54,373 bases of DNA, taken from contig JBJMWW010000079.1 of the NCBI GenBank assembly GCA_045809945.1, forward strand, positions 1 through 54,373, read 5' to 3'. Made by a program: the position numbers and the translations under genes. Shown one piece after another: positions 27,486-37,677 of this stretch. The notes below the pieces were generated by a model that did not search any database, was not told where the DNA came from, and saw only the letters and a list, made by a program, of their open reading frames with translations. Each line of letters begins with the position of its first letter. Within the stretch, counting starts at the first letter, position 1. This DNA is from Chthoniobacterales bacterium. GTDB taxonomy: Bacteria > Verrucomicrobiota > Verrucomicrobiia > Chthoniobacterales > UBA10450.

Positions 27486-29435
27486 GTGCAGTCGACCGTG
27501 ACTGACGAACAGGTCGCGAAATTAGAGGCGGAAGTGCGGCGATTGCAACGCTCGTTGCGCACACGCATGGCCGAGCTCGAAGCGGCCGATCGTCATATTG
27601 CCAATCTCGAGCAGAAGCTACTGAAGCTGAAAGAATATCGGCGCAGCATCAAGCAGCTCAAAGATGAGAAACAGGCGCTACGCAAATCCCCCGAGCGAAG
27701 GATTGGCCAGGTCCTGCTCGCGCCCTATCGGCTCCCGCAGAAATTGATCCGCGGCCTTCGCAAACATTGGCCGAGGCGGAAAAGCGAGACGGAATATCAG
27801 GCGTGGTTCGCCCGCCATCGCGCCACCTCGACACAGCTCACGCAAATGCGCGAGGACAGTGCGAAGTTCACCTTCAGGCCGTGCATAAGCATCATCACGC
27901 CGGTTTTCAACACACCGGTGCAATGGCTGCGCGAAGTTGTGAAATCGGTGCTAGAGCAGGCCTACGATAACTGGGAACTTATCCTTAGCGATGATCAATC
28001 GACGGATCGCGAAACGTTAGCGTACCTCGAGGAACTGCGTGCCCGCGACTCCCGGATCATTGTCGATCATGCCCCACAACAAGGAGGGATTTCGGCCGCG
28101 TCCAATCGCGGGCTTGAGCTTGCCTGCGGCGATTACGTCGGATTTCTCGATCACGACGATCTCCTCGAACCCGATGCGCTGTTTCATCACGTCGCGCTCC
28201 TGCAGGAACATCGTGACGCCGATCTAATTTACTCCGACGAAGACAAGCTGACTGAGGATGGCCTCGACGCGCCGATCATGAAGCCGGATTGGTCACCGGA
28301 TTTTTTCGACGCCGCAAATTACATCTGCCATTTCACAATCATTCGCATCGGCCTTTTGCGCGAGATCGGCGGCTTCCGTTCGGAATTCGACGGCGCGCAG
28401 GATTACGACCTGTTCTATCGAGTTATCGAACGAGACGCGCGCATCCACCACATTCCACGCGTCCTCTATCATTGGCGGCGCAGCGAAGCGTCGACGGCGG
28501 ACAACATTCGGCGCAAACCAAAATCACTCGAAACCGGCCGACTCGCAGTTGAAGCGCATCTGAAACGCACTGACGTGCAGGGCCATGTCGCGGTCGATTG
28601 GCGAACGCATGCTTACTCAATCAAGCGTGATATTCCGGAGCCGAAGAAAATCTCCATCATCATCCCGGTCCGTGACCGAATCGATTTGCTCCGTCGATGC
28701 GTCGATAGCGTCAGGACGCGGACGAGCTATGAACCGTACGAAATTGTGATCGTGGATAACGACAGCTCAAGTCCGGAGGCACGCGATTATTTCGCAAAAA
28801 GCCCGGACCGCGTGCTGCATTTTCCCGGCCCGTTTAATTTCTCGGCGATTAATAATTTCGCGGTGCAGGAAACAGACAGCCCCTGGTTACTCTTCCTTAA
28901 TAACGACACGGAGGCGATCGAGACAGGCTGGTTAACAGCGATGGTCGAGCATGTGCAGCGGCCGGAGGTCGGCGCTGTCGGTGCGCGATTGTTGTTCAGC
29001 GACGACACCGTGCAGCACGCCGGGATTGTCGTCGGTGTTGGCGGCATCGCGGAGCACGCTTTCCGCGGCTTTCCGGCCGATGCGCCGGGTGTTTGCCGGC
29101 AGTTGCAGGTAACGCGCAACTACAGCGCGGTGACCGCCGCGTGCATGCTTACGCGACGGGATGTGTTCGACGAAGTCGGCGGATTCGACGAGGAAAATCT
29201 GCCGGTGACATTCAATGACGTGGATCTGTGTCTGAAGATACGCCAGGCGGGCTATCTGATCGTCTACACACCGTACGCGAAGCTATATCACCACGAACAT
29301 GGTTCGCGGCGCCGCGCGATCGAACCGATGGAAACGCGAGTTATGCAGGAACGCTGGGCTGACGTGCTCTCGCGCGATCCCTATTACAATCCAAATCTTT
29401 CTCGCGAACGCGCCGATTTCTCGCTAGGCGAATAA
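27486..29435 (+). CDS. GT2 glycosyltransferase with N-terminal coiled coil and two GT-A domains
   Basis: SIITPVFNT...FLDHDD...YSDEDK...DGAQDYD; SIIIPVRD...FLNND...AVTAACML...FNDVDLCL. Confidence 0.92.
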   Translation: MQSTVTDEQVAKLEAEVRRLQRSLRTRMAELEAADRHIANLEQKLLKLKEYRRSIKQLKDEKQALRKSPERRIGQVLLAPYRLPQKLIRGLRKHWPRRKSETEYQAWFARHRATSTQLTQMREDSAKFTFRPCISIITPVFNTPVQWLREVVKSVLEQAYDNWELILSDDQSTDRETLAYLEELRARDSRIIVDHAPQQGGISAASNRGLELACGDYVGFLDHDDLLEPDALFHHVALLQEHRDADLIYSDEDKLTEDGLDAPIMKPDWSPDFFDAANYICHFTIIRIGLLREIGGFRSEFDGAQDYDLFYRVIERDARIHHIPRVLYHWRRSEASTADNIRRKPKSLETGRLAVEAHLKRTDVQGHVAVDWRTHAYSIKRDIPEPKKISIIIPVRDRIDLLRRCVDSVRTRTSYEPYEIVIVDNDSSSPEARDYFAKSPDRVLHFPGPFNFSAINNFAVQETDSPWLLFLNNDTEAIETGWLTAMVEHVQRPEVGAVGARLLFSDDTVQHAGIVVGVGGIAEHAFRGFPADAPGVCRQLQVTRNYSAVTAACMLTRRDVFDEVGGFDEENLPVTFNDVDLCLKIRQAGYLIVYTPYAKLYHHEHGSRRRAIEPMETRVMQERWADVLSRDPYYNPNLSRERADFSLGE

Positions 29436-29439
29436 ACGA

Positions 29440-30174
29440 ATGGCTGACGTTGATAACCTTTGGCAGGGCCTGAGCGCGGAGATGCGATCGTTGCTTTCGA
29501 CGCGCGACTACAAGAGCGGCGATCTCGCGCAGCAGCTCGCGACCGCTGGAGTAGAAGCAGGCAAACTCGTTACCGCACGCGCGCAGCTGCGCGATGCCTG
29601 GATTCCGGGCGTGGAAATTTTTCCGCGCACGATTTACCCGCAGCGCCACCGGGGTTTGTTCGGCGAATTCGTGCGGCGCGACGAAGGAATTCTCGCGCGC
29701 ATCGCACTTTGGCCGAAGCAATGGGCGACGGCGCGAATGTTCGCGCAGACAGCGAAGGGTTTTCACATTCATCCCCCGAGCCTGCCGGACCGCACCACGG
29801 CTGAAGAATGGATGCGGCGCCAATTCGTCGACGAACCGGAAAATTTCGCGCTTCGTCGCTATGCCGAAGAGCAATGGGATGTGATGTTTTTCGTGCAAGG
29901 TCGCGTCGAGATTCTGTTGCACGACGTTCGCGCCGGGCTGCCGCGACGCACGATGCGACTGTGGATTGACGGCGACAATCACCGCGGCGCGAACAACGCC
30001 GGCGTTGTGGTCCCGGCTGGCGTCGCGCATGCGATCCGCGTCGAAGGATCGGAAGACGCGATAATGGTTTACGGCACGAGCACGTCGTTCCGGGCAGATT
30101 TCGAAGGGCGAATCGCGAGCGAAGTCGAGACGTCGGTTTTGCCGGAATCGTGGCAGCGCTTTCTCGCGCGCTGA
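29440..30174 (+). CDS. RmlC-like cupin (dTDP-4-dehydrorhamnose 3,5-epimerase family, divergent)
   Basis: IPGVEI...RGLFGEF...KGFHIH...LHDVR...VVVPAGVAH. Confidence 0.65.
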   Translation: MADVDNLWQGLSAEMRSLLSTRDYKSGDLAQQLATAGVEAGKLVTARAQLRDAWIPGVEIFPRTIYPQRHRGLFGEFVRRDEGILARIALWPKQWATARMFAQTAKGFHIHPPSLPDRTTAEEWMRRQFVDEPENFALRRYAEEQWDVMFFVQGRVEILLHDVRAGLPRRTMRLWIDGDNHRGANNAGVVVPAGVAHAIRVEGSEDAIMVYGTSTSFRADFEGRIASEVETSVLPESWQRFLAR

Positions 30175-30183
30175 TTCGCCGCG

Positions 30184-30873
30184 ATGAAGCGGCAATTCGA
30201 CCCGGCGGTTCCGGAACTGATGGATCGGCCGCAGCCGATTTCTCCGGAACTCGAGATCGACCTGCACAATCTGCGGCAGCTCAATCGCTACTTTGGCAGC
30301 TATGCACTCGTGCGGCACTTTTTGCGTCGCTGGATTAATTCCGGAGACATGCTGCGTGTCCTCGATCTCGCGACCGGCTCCGGCGATATTCCACGGCTGA
30401 TCGTCCAACATGGCCGCGACGTCGGCGCTTCTGTAAACGTCACCGCAGTCGATCAGCAGCCGGCCACGCTCGAAATCGCGCGGCGGTTGAGCCGCGAATT
30501 CGATCAAATCGAATTCATTAAAGATGATGCCTTAACGTTCACGCCCACGGAGCCGTTCGATATCGTGGTCTGCTCGCTCGCGCTCCACCACTTCAGTGAT
30601 GAAGGCGCTATCGCTGTCCTTCGACGCTGCCGTGAATTGTCGCGGCGATATGTTCTGGTTGCGGATCTCTGTCGCAGTCTGTTCACGACGGTTGGGGTCC
30701 ATCTGTTGACCGGCCTGATTTTTCGCGAACCGATGACGCGCGTGGATGGTCGTTTGTCGGCAGCACGCGCTTTTTCATTTTCAGAAATGGCCGCATTGGC
30801 GCGCCGGGCCGGATGGGCAAATTGCCATCATGCGCGTTTCAGATTTGGCCGTCAGGCGATCTGGATGGAATGA
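30184..30873 (+). CDS. Class I SAM-dependent methyltransferase
   Basis: ELMD...LRQLNRYFG, VLDLATGSGD, FDIVVCSLALHHF, DGRLS. Confidence 0.88.
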   Translation: MKRQFDPAVPELMDRPQPISPELEIDLHNLRQLNRYFGSYALVRHFLRRWINSGDMLRVLDLATGSGDIPRLIVQHGRDVGASVNVTAVDQQPATLEIARRLSREFDQIEFIKDDALTFTPTEPFDIVVCSLALHHFSDEGAIAVLRRCRELSRRYVLVADLCRSLFTTVGVHLLTGLIFREPMTRVDGRLSAARAFSFSEMAALARRAGWANCHHARFRFGRQAIWME

Positions 30874-31688
30874 AGATCGTCACACGGGTTCAAGATGTGC
30901 CGAAGTCGGCGTGGCGTCGCGTGTTGGTCCCGACGATGGGGGCGTTGCATCGCGGTCATCTCGAACTTATTAGCGCTGCGCGTACAGCCGCCGGTGGCGA
31001 TGGCGAGGTAGCCGTCAGCATTTTCGTTAATCCACTGCAATTCGCACCAGGCAGCGATTACGAAAAATATCCGCGTCCACATCAGCAGGACGAACAGCTT
31101 TGCCGCAACGCCGGTGTCGATCTGCTCTTTCTGCCCGCGGCGGATGAAATTTATGCGGCTAACGAATCGACGCGTGTTGATGAAATCGCGCTGTCGCAGG
31201 TGCTGGAAGGCAAATCGCGGCCCGGCCATTTCCAAGGCGTTTGCACGGTCGTGACGAAGTTGTTCAACATCATTGCGCCCGATGCAGCGATGTTTGGTGA
31301 GAAAGATTTCCAACAGCTCGCGATCATCCGGCGCATGGTGCGCGACCTGCAATTTCGTATCGAAATCATCGCGGTGCCGACAGTGCGCGAAGCCGACGGA
31401 CTGGCGTGCAGTTCGCGTAATCAATATTTGAGTACTGCCGAGCGAGAGCAGGCAACGGTTTTGCCCAAGGCGCTGCAAGCAGCGCGCGAAATGCAACGCT
31501 CCGCGGCCGAGATTCTGGCGCGCGTGCACGCCATCATCTCCGAGGCGCCGCTTGCGCGTATCGATTACGTTGCGCTGGTGAACGCCGATACGCTTGAGCC
31601 AGTAGATTGGGCGGAGCGAGATTCCGTTCTCGCGGTTGCAGTCTATTTCGGTACCACGCGTCTCATCGACAACATCCGTCTGTCATGA
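30870..31688 (+). CDS. panC: Pantoate-beta-alanine ligase
   Basis: VPTMGALHRGH, SIFVNPLQF, RPGHFQGV, FGEKDFQQ, SSRN, TRLIDN. Confidence 0.97.
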   Translation: MKIVTRVQDVPKSAWRRVLVPTMGALHRGHLELISAARTAAGGDGEVAVSIFVNPLQFAPGSDYEKYPRPHQQDEQLCRNAGVDLLFLPAADEIYAANESTRVDEIALSQVLEGKSRPGHFQGVCTVVTKLFNIIAPDAAMFGEKDFQQLAIIRRMVRDLQFRIEIIAVPTVREADGLACSSRNQYLSTAEREQATVLPKALQAAREMQRSAAEILARVHAIISEAPLARIDYVALVNADTLEPVDWAERDSVLAVAVYFGTTRLIDNIRLS

Positions 31689-33283
31689 AGCAGTACGATT
31701 TCGTCGTCATTGGCAGTGGAATCGCCGGGCTGAGCTTCGCGCTCAAGGCGGCAAAGCACGGGTCCGTTGCGGTAATCACGAAACGCAAAGGCGCTGATTC
31801 GAATACGGCATGGGCCCAGGGCGGCATCGCATGCGTGTCGAGCGACGAAGATTCATTCGAGCTGCACGTTCGCGACACCCTCGAAGCCGGCGCGGGCCTG
31901 TGCGATGAGCAGGTCGTCCGGACGATCGTCATGGAAGGACCTGAGCGGATTCGCGAACTGATCGAGCTGGGTTTGCATTTTGACGAACGTGAAATCTCGG
32001 GCCATCGCGAGTTAGATCTCGGCAAGGAAGGCGGTCATTCCAAACGACGCGTGCTGCACGTGCAGGACGTGACCGGGCTGGAGATCGAAAAAACATTGCT
32101 GCGCGAGCTGGAGCGTTCTTCAAAAGTTGACCTGCTGGAGAACCATATGGCGGTTGATTTGATCACCGCCGGCAAACTGGGTTTTTCCACGGAGGATCGG
32201 TGCCTTGGCGCTTACGTGCTGGATGAGGCGACGCAGCAGGTCGAAACGGTGCGCACCGATCGCCTCGTCCTTGCGACGGGCGGGTGCGGGAAAGTTTATC
32301 TCTACACGACCAATCCGGCAGTCGCGACGGGCGACGGCGTGGCAATCGCGTGGCGGGCCGGGGCCACGATCGCAAACATGGAGTTCGTTCAGTTCCATCC
32401 GACCTGCCTTTATCATCCGCAAGCAAGATCCTTCCTGATTTCCGAAGCAGTGCGCGGCGAGGGCGGGGTGCTGCGTAACAGCCGCGGCGAAGAGTTTATG
32501 AAGCGCTATGATCCTCGCGGTGCGCTGGCGCCTCGCGATGTGGTCGCGCGCGCAATCGACGCTGAGATCAAGCGGCTCGGCGCGAACTGCGTTTTTCTCG
32601 ATATCACGCATCAGCCACCTGAATTTTTGCGCGAACGCTTCCCGCACATTTACGAAACATGCCTGCGGTTCGGGATCGATATGACGAAGCAAGCAATTCC
32701 GGTCGTGCCGGCTGCGCATTATCAATGCGGCGGAATCAGAACCGATATCAATGGCGCGACAACTCTGCCGGGGCTTTACGCCGTGGGTGAAGTTGCGTGC
32801 ACGGGTTTGCACGGCGCGAATCGGCTCGCGAGCAATTCACTGCTCGAGGGCACCGTCGTCGCCCACCGCGCGTGCGAGGCGGCGGTTCGCGATCAGCCGA
32901 CTTCGCACCCGGCGCGCGAAATCTCGCTGCCGGAATGGCAATCAGGTGACGTGCAGGACGTGGATGAGCTCGTTGTGATCTATCATAACTGGGATGAAAT
33001 CCGGCGATTGATGTGGGATTACGTCGGCATCGTGCGGACGACCAAGCGTCTGCAACGCGCCGCCGCGCGTCTGCGAAATCTTCAACGCGAGATCCGCGAG
33101 TTTTACTGGAATTTCAAAGTCAGCGTGGACCTGCTCGAACTGCGTAATCTGGCAACCGTGGCGGCGTTGATCGTCGATTCGGCGCTCAGCCGCCGCGAGA
33201 GCCGCGGGCTCCATTACAATCTCGATTTTCCGCAAAGGAACGACCGCGAATTCGGCCACGACACGTCGATCAGCCGCACTTAA
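31685..33283 (+). CDS. nadB: L-aspartate oxidase
   Basis: GSGIAGL, WAQGGI, EGGHSKRR, QFHPT, SEAVRGEG, HYQCGG, GLHGANRLASNSLLE, ESRGLH. Confidence 0.96.
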   Translation: MKQYDFVVIGSGIAGLSFALKAAKHGSVAVITKRKGADSNTAWAQGGIACVSSDEDSFELHVRDTLEAGAGLCDEQVVRTIVMEGPERIRELIELGLHFDEREISGHRELDLGKEGGHSKRRVLHVQDVTGLEIEKTLLRELERSSKVDLLENHMAVDLITAGKLGFSTEDRCLGAYVLDEATQQVETVRTDRLVLATGGCGKVYLYTTNPAVATGDGVAIAWRAGATIANMEFVQFHPTCLYHPQARSFLISEAVRGEGGVLRNSRGEEFMKRYDPRGALAPRDVVARAIDAEIKRLGANCVFLDITHQPPEFLRERFPHIYETCLRFGIDMTKQAIPVVPAAHYQCGGIRTDINGATTLPGLYAVGEVACTGLHGANRLASNSLLEGTVVAHRACEAAVRDQPTSHPAREISLPEWQSGDVQDVDELVVIYHNWDEIRRLMWDYVGIVRTTKRLQRAAARLRNLQREIREFYWNFKVSVDLLELRNLATVAALIVDSALSRRESRGLHYNLDFPQRNDREFGHDTSISRT

Positions 33284-33390
33284 GTCTGGAACACTCCGTG
33301 CTTAGTAACTTCTGCCGCCCGACGCGTGCTGTCCTCTGGGGCTTGCCGCAAGGGCGGTTTTCGGATACAAAGGAAGCGCCAATCGCCTTG

Positions 33391-34233
33391 ATGAGAAGAG
33401 TTTTTGCATTTTCCATACTGCTGACGGTTGGCGCAGCCGCGCTCCACGCGCAGACCGAATCGCCCTACGCGAGCAGCGCGGATTTCGCGAAATACGCAAT
33501 GAAACTGCGAGAGCAGGCGCTGCTAAAGGTTGAGCCGCAGGTCTTCGTCCCGACGGCTTCGCGCACGAGCACGGCCCGCTATCCGTGGAAAATTAATATC
33601 GTGACCACGGTTTTCTGGATTGGTGAACAGCCGACCGCAAACAATCCTGTGCCGAATGTGCGTAGCGCGTGGGACGCAAACTGGACCTCAAATTACGGAG
33701 GCTTCGACACGCCCGATCCGACGCAGCGGCGCAAAGGCGATTACATTCCCGCGTCGTTCACTCCGCGGCAGAATCCGTTTTATTGCGCGCTGCCTTATAA
33801 CGACGTCACGCACGGCCAGTTCAAACCAGAAGCTGCGCTGGTCATCCCGTGGTTTCGCCAGGCATACAACGGCCCCGGTCAATCGGTTTGCTGGCACCGC
33901 TGGATAGCGATTCGCAAAGGCAACCGAACCGCCTACGCACAGTGGGAAGATTGCGGGCCGTTTCGCACCGACCATTTCCAATACGTTTTCCAGAACGAAC
34001 GGCCGAAGCCGAACCTTAACCGCGGCGCCGGCCTCGATGTTTCTCCGGCGGTGCGCGATTACCTCGGCCTCGCACCGACTGACGTGACCGACTGGCAATT
34101 TGTCGAAGTGCGCGACGTGGCCCCCGGCCCGTGGCGGAAATACGGCGATAATAACCACTTTGTCATCGCTGCGCGGCAAAACGAGCAGCGCATCGCCAAG
34201 GACACGACCGAAAAGGATAAGGCGAAGAAGTAG
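33391..34233 (+). CDS. Secreted hypothetical protein, possible RlpA-like double-psi beta-barrel
   Basis: Signal peptide ending LHA-Q; NPFYCALPY...WIAIRKGNRTAYAQWEDCGP...GLDVSPAVRDYLG. Confidence 0.7.
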   Translation: MRRVFAFSILLTVGAAALHAQTESPYASSADFAKYAMKLREQALLKVEPQVFVPTASRTSTARYPWKINIVTTVFWIGEQPTANNPVPNVRSAWDANWTSNYGGFDTPDPTQRRKGDYIPASFTPRQNPFYCALPYNDVTHGQFKPEAALVIPWFRQAYNGPGQSVCWHRWIAIRKGNRTAYAQWEDCGPFRTDHFQYVFQNERPKPNLNRGAGLDVSPAVRDYLGLAPTDVTDWQFVEVRDVAPGPWRKYGDNNHFVIAARQNEQRIAKDTTEKDKAKK

Positions 34234-34980
34234 CTAGGGCGTCGGTTGTGCAGTTGGCGCCGGCGTTGGCGTCGATTTCGGCGGAACTGGCGTCGCCATT
34301 CCAAGTAGCTGCGACACCGTCACGAATTTAAATCCTTTCCCGAGCAACTCGTCAAACGTCGAGGGCATCGCTTCGATCGTTGGCGCGTGAATATCGTGCG
34401 AGAGAATGATCGAGCCGGGATGTGTCTCTTTTAAAATGCGGCTACGCACGATTGCCGGACCAGGCCGTTTCCAATCGAGCGGATCGACATCCCAAAGAAC
34501 GATCCGGTAGCCGAACTGCTCCGGAATCCAGTGCTTCTGGTGCGCTGTAATCGCACCGTATGGTGGGCGGAAAAGCGTCGGCCGCACGCCGATCGTGTTG
34601 CGGATGATGTCATCGGTGCGCTGCAGCTGCGAGCGCGCGGCATCATCCGACATCTTCGCGAAGTTTGGATGCGACCACGAGTGCGTCGCGATCTCGTGAC
34701 CTTCGTGCGCCGCGCGTCGGAGCACGTCCGGATTTTGCTCTACGCACTCGCCGAGCACGAAAAACGTCACTTTCATGTGACGTGCCGCGAGAATGTCGAG
34801 CAACTTTGGTGTTAGCGTCGCATGCGGACCGTCGTCGAACGTCATCGCTATGTAAGGACCGTCGACGTGGACCGAACTGACGGTGATTGGAGCATCGGCA
34901 GGCGGCGGAGGTGGTGTTTGAGCGCGGGCAAACCCTACGATAAACAAAGAGAGAAAGAGGACGCGCAAAGTTAATCTCAT
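34234..34980 (-). CDS. Polysaccharide/peptidoglycan deacetylase (CE4)
   Basis: TFDDGP, HSWSHP, FRPPYG, DPLDW, ILSHD. Confidence 0.93.
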   Translation of the reverse strand: MRLTLRVLFLSLFIVGFARAQTPPPPPADAPITVSSVHVDGPYIAMTFDDGPHATLTPKLLDILAARHMKVTFFVLGECVEQNPDVLRRAAHEGHEIATHSWSHPNFAKMSDDAARSQLQRTDDIIRNTIGVRPTLFRPPYGAITAHQKHWIPEQFGYRIVLWDVDPLDWKRPGPAIVRSRILKETHPGSIILSHDIHAPTIEAMPSTFDELLGKGFKFVTVSQLLGMATPVPPKSTPTPAPTAQPTP

Positions 34981-35146
34981 TCCGGCGAAAATTGCGCCTT
35001 ATCTAGCAGAGCGGAGTCGCAACGCAAACGACTCGTAGCGGCGCAATTTCGTTACAGAAATTATATCCGCTTCAGCCGCGCTCTGCGTCGAAACTGGCAA
35101 CCATCCTGCTCAACTTTTAACACATCAACCCACCCAGTTACGCGGT

Positions 35147-35186
35147 GAACCACGAAATACGAAGCCGCTTCGCGTTTCGTGCGTTC
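35147..35186. repeat. Hairpin immediately upstream of the hybrid kinase
   Basis: GAAC-CACGAAA-TA-CGAAG-ccg-CTTCG-CG-TTTCGTG-C-GTTC. Confidence 0.55.
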
Positions 35187-35203
35187 GGCGCGTGCCGCCA
35201 TCG

Positions 35204-37096
35204 ATGAAAATCCTGCTAGTCGAAGACCACGCCGAGAGCCGCCGCAGCTTGAAGAAGCTGATCGAGCGCCGCGGCCATTACGTGGTCGCAGTCGGCAGCG
35301 CTGAGGAAGCGGAACGCGCCCTGGTCAAGGAGACCTTCCCGTTCCTGATCCTTGACTGGATGTTGCCGGGAAAGAGCGGCGTCGAACTTTGCCGTGAACT
35401 GCGCGCGCTGCCCGCTGGCGACGACATGTTCATTTTGCTGGTCACGGCGAAAGCCGATACTGCTGACCTCGAGCAGGCGCTCGAAGCAGGCGCGAATGAT
35501 TATTTGACCAAGCCGCTCGATCTCGGGTTGCTGAATGTGAGGTTGAGCGTGGCGGAACGTCAGATCCGCGAATTGACGGAACGCAATCAAGCGCGCGCCG
35601 CATTGCTGGAATCAGCACATGCGATGCAGAACATTTTGGAGAACACGACGGACGCGTTCTTCGCCGTCGACCGCGCCTGGAAGTTCACATACGTCAACGC
35701 GGAGACGGAGACGATCACCGGACAGCGCCGCGACCAGATTCTCGGCCGCACGTTTTGGGAAGTGTTCCCGAACATGCTCGGCTCAGCTTTTGAAACGAAC
35801 TACCGCAAGGTGATGGAGAAGCAGGTCGCCGTAGAATTCGAAGCGTGCAATCGCAGCGGCAAAAAATGGTTCGAAGTCCACGCGTATCCGAGCAATGGAG
35901 GCGTCTCCGCGTTTTTTCGCGATGTCACCGAGCGAAAGCGTATCGAGGAACAGCGACTGACAACGAGCAAGCTCGAGTCACTCGGCACATTGGCGGGTGG
36001 TATCGCACACGACCTGAATAACATTTTGACCGTTATTTCCGGCAACATCGGCCTGGCGCAGATTGAAGCGCCATCCGACGGCGGATCGCTGCTCTCGTTC
36101 CTGTCCAAGGCGGGCCAGGCGGCGCAGCACGCCGCACATTTGTCGAGTCAGTTGCTGACGTTCTCCAAAGGCGGCGCGCCGATGAAGAAGGTCACGCAGA
36201 TTGGTGAGCTGCTGACGCACGCGGCTGATTTCGGATTGCGCGGATCGCATCTACGCGCCGACGTCGATGTCAGCGTCGATCTCTGGAAGACCGATGTCGA
36301 TGCCGCGCAAATCGAGCAGGTCATCAACGCGCTGCTCCTGAATGCGCGCGACGCAATGCCGCGTGGCGGTACCGTCATTGTTCGCGGATGTAATGTGACA
36401 CTCAATGGCGATGAGACAGTGCAGTTGCCGGCGGGGCGTTACGTGAAAGTGACGATCACCGACCGGGGCGGCGGAATTTCCGAAGAACTCCTGACAAAAA
36501 TTTTCGATCCTTATTTCACGACCAAGCCATCGGCTACTGGCCTCGGTCTGTCGATCAGCTACTCAGTTGTGAAGAAGCACGGCGGCATGCTGTGTCTCGA
36601 ATCGACTTCGTCGCAAGGGTCCACGTTTGCCTTCTATCTGCGGGCGGCGGAACGCGACACGAACGCGTTCGATGTGCAGGTGAGCGACGCTCCTTATCGT
36701 TTTAATCACCAGCGCGTGCTGGTGATGGACGACGAAGACGCGATCCGCGAATTGACTTCGCAGTTGCTCGGCACACTTGGCTATGACGTCACCGCTGTTC
36801 CCGATGGGCTCGAAGCTGTTCGCGTTTACGAAAAAGCGTTGCGGCGCGGAGAACATTATCGAGCGGTGATCCTCGATGCGACGGTGCGGGGCGGAATGGG
36901 CGGCGTCGCGACCATCGAACGGTTGCGCGACATGGACCCACAGGTCAACGCGATCATTTGCAGCGGCTATTCAGACGAAGCGGCGTTGGCGGAATTTCTC
37001 GCTTTCGGATTTCGTGGCGCGCTGCCAAAACCGTTCACGCGCTCCGAGTTGGCGGACGCGTTACAGCGTTCGTTCGAGACAGCGAACGCGAACTAA
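35204..37096 (+). CDS. Hybrid histidine kinase REC-PAS-HisKA-HATPase-REC
   Basis: KILLVED...LDWMLP; PAS region; AGGIAHDLNN; NARDAM; DRGGG; FTTK; GLGL; VLVMDDE. Confidence 0.93.
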   Translation: MKILLVEDHAESRRSLKKLIERRGHYVVAVGSAEEAERALVKETFPFLILDWMLPGKSGVELCRELRALPAGDDMFILLVTAKADTADLEQALEAGANDYLTKPLDLGLLNVRLSVAERQIRELTERNQARAALLESAHAMQNILENTTDAFFAVDRAWKFTYVNAETETITGQRRDQILGRTFWEVFPNMLGSAFETNYRKVMEKQVAVEFEACNRSGKKWFEVHAYPSNGGVSAFFRDVTERKRIEEQRLTTSKLESLGTLAGGIAHDLNNILTVISGNIGLAQIEAPSDGGSLLSFLSKAGQAAQHAAHLSSQLLTFSKGGAPMKKVTQIGELLTHAADFGLRGSHLRADVDVSVDLWKTDVDAAQIEQVINALLLNARDAMPRGGTVIVRGCNVTLNGDETVQLPAGRYVKVTITDRGGGISEELLTKIFDPYFTTKPSATGLGLSISYSVVKKHGGMLCLESTSSQGSTFAFYLRAAERDTNAFDVQVSDAPYRFNHQRVLVMDDEDAIRELTSQLLGTLGYDVTAVPDGLEAVRVYEKALRRGEHYRAVILDATVRGGMGGVATIERLRDMDPQVNAIICSGYSDEAALAEFLAFGFRGALPKPFTRSELADALQRSFETANAN

Positions 37097-37566
37097 CTCT
37101 TTCGCAATTTCTCGACGCTCGCGATAAACGCGGCCGGCGTGGCCAGCGGCTTATCGCTATCCGCCGGCACCCCAGCGTCGTATCCGAGCGAACCAATCAC
37201 TTTTCCATCACTGTTGATGACGATGATGGTCGGGAATGCTTCTATCTGGAACTTCTCAGCCAGCTTCATGTTTTTGTGCAGAAGATCCTTGTCGATCTGT
37301 TTGGCACGCGGGAAATCGAGTTCGACGAGGACCAGATTCTTGTTCGCGTACTCGCGAAACTCCGGCTTCGCGAAAACCTCGCGGTGCAGTTTGATGCACC
37401 AACCGCACCAGTCCGAGCCGGTGAAGTCGAGCAGCACTAGTTTGTTATCAGCCTTCGCTTTCTGCTGTGCCTGATCCAGATCGGTCAGCCATTCCGAATC
37501 CGCACGGACCGAACCGGCAAGCGCGACGGCCGCAACAATTGAGAGGAACAAGCGCGACGTGTTCAC
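37093..37566 (-). CDS. Exported thioredoxin-family protein
   Basis: LLDFTGSDWCGWCIKL...VELDFPR...AFPT; signal peptide; GTG start inferred. Confidence 0.88.
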   Translation of the reverse strand: MNTSRLFLSIVAAVALAGSVRADSEWLTDLDQAQQKAKADNKLVLLDFTGSDWCGWCIKLHREVFAKPEFREYANKNLVLVELDFPRAKQIDKDLLHKNMKLAEKFQIEAFPTIIVINSDGKVIGSLGYDAGVPADSDKPLATPAAFIASVEKLRKS

Positions 37567-37616
37567 GTTGCAACTTTCCCGCAGCTTAGCCCTTGGTGCA
37601 AGGCCGTACAAAGCTA

Positions 37617-37640
37617 GCCCGGCGCAAGGAGACGCCGGGC
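37617..37640 (-). terminator. Probable intrinsic terminator after the SWIB gene
   Basis: GCCCGGCG-N8-CGCCGGGC 8-bp stem, followed on the minus strand by TAGCTTTGT. Confidence 0.5.
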
Positions 37641-37677
37641 CAGACCAACCAACGAAAGTTTTTGTTTGTCCGGGACC

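Noticed and set aside
29341-30507. 388-aa minus-strand ORF
   Set aside because: Antisense to a tightly packed plus-strand operon; no recognisable motifs.
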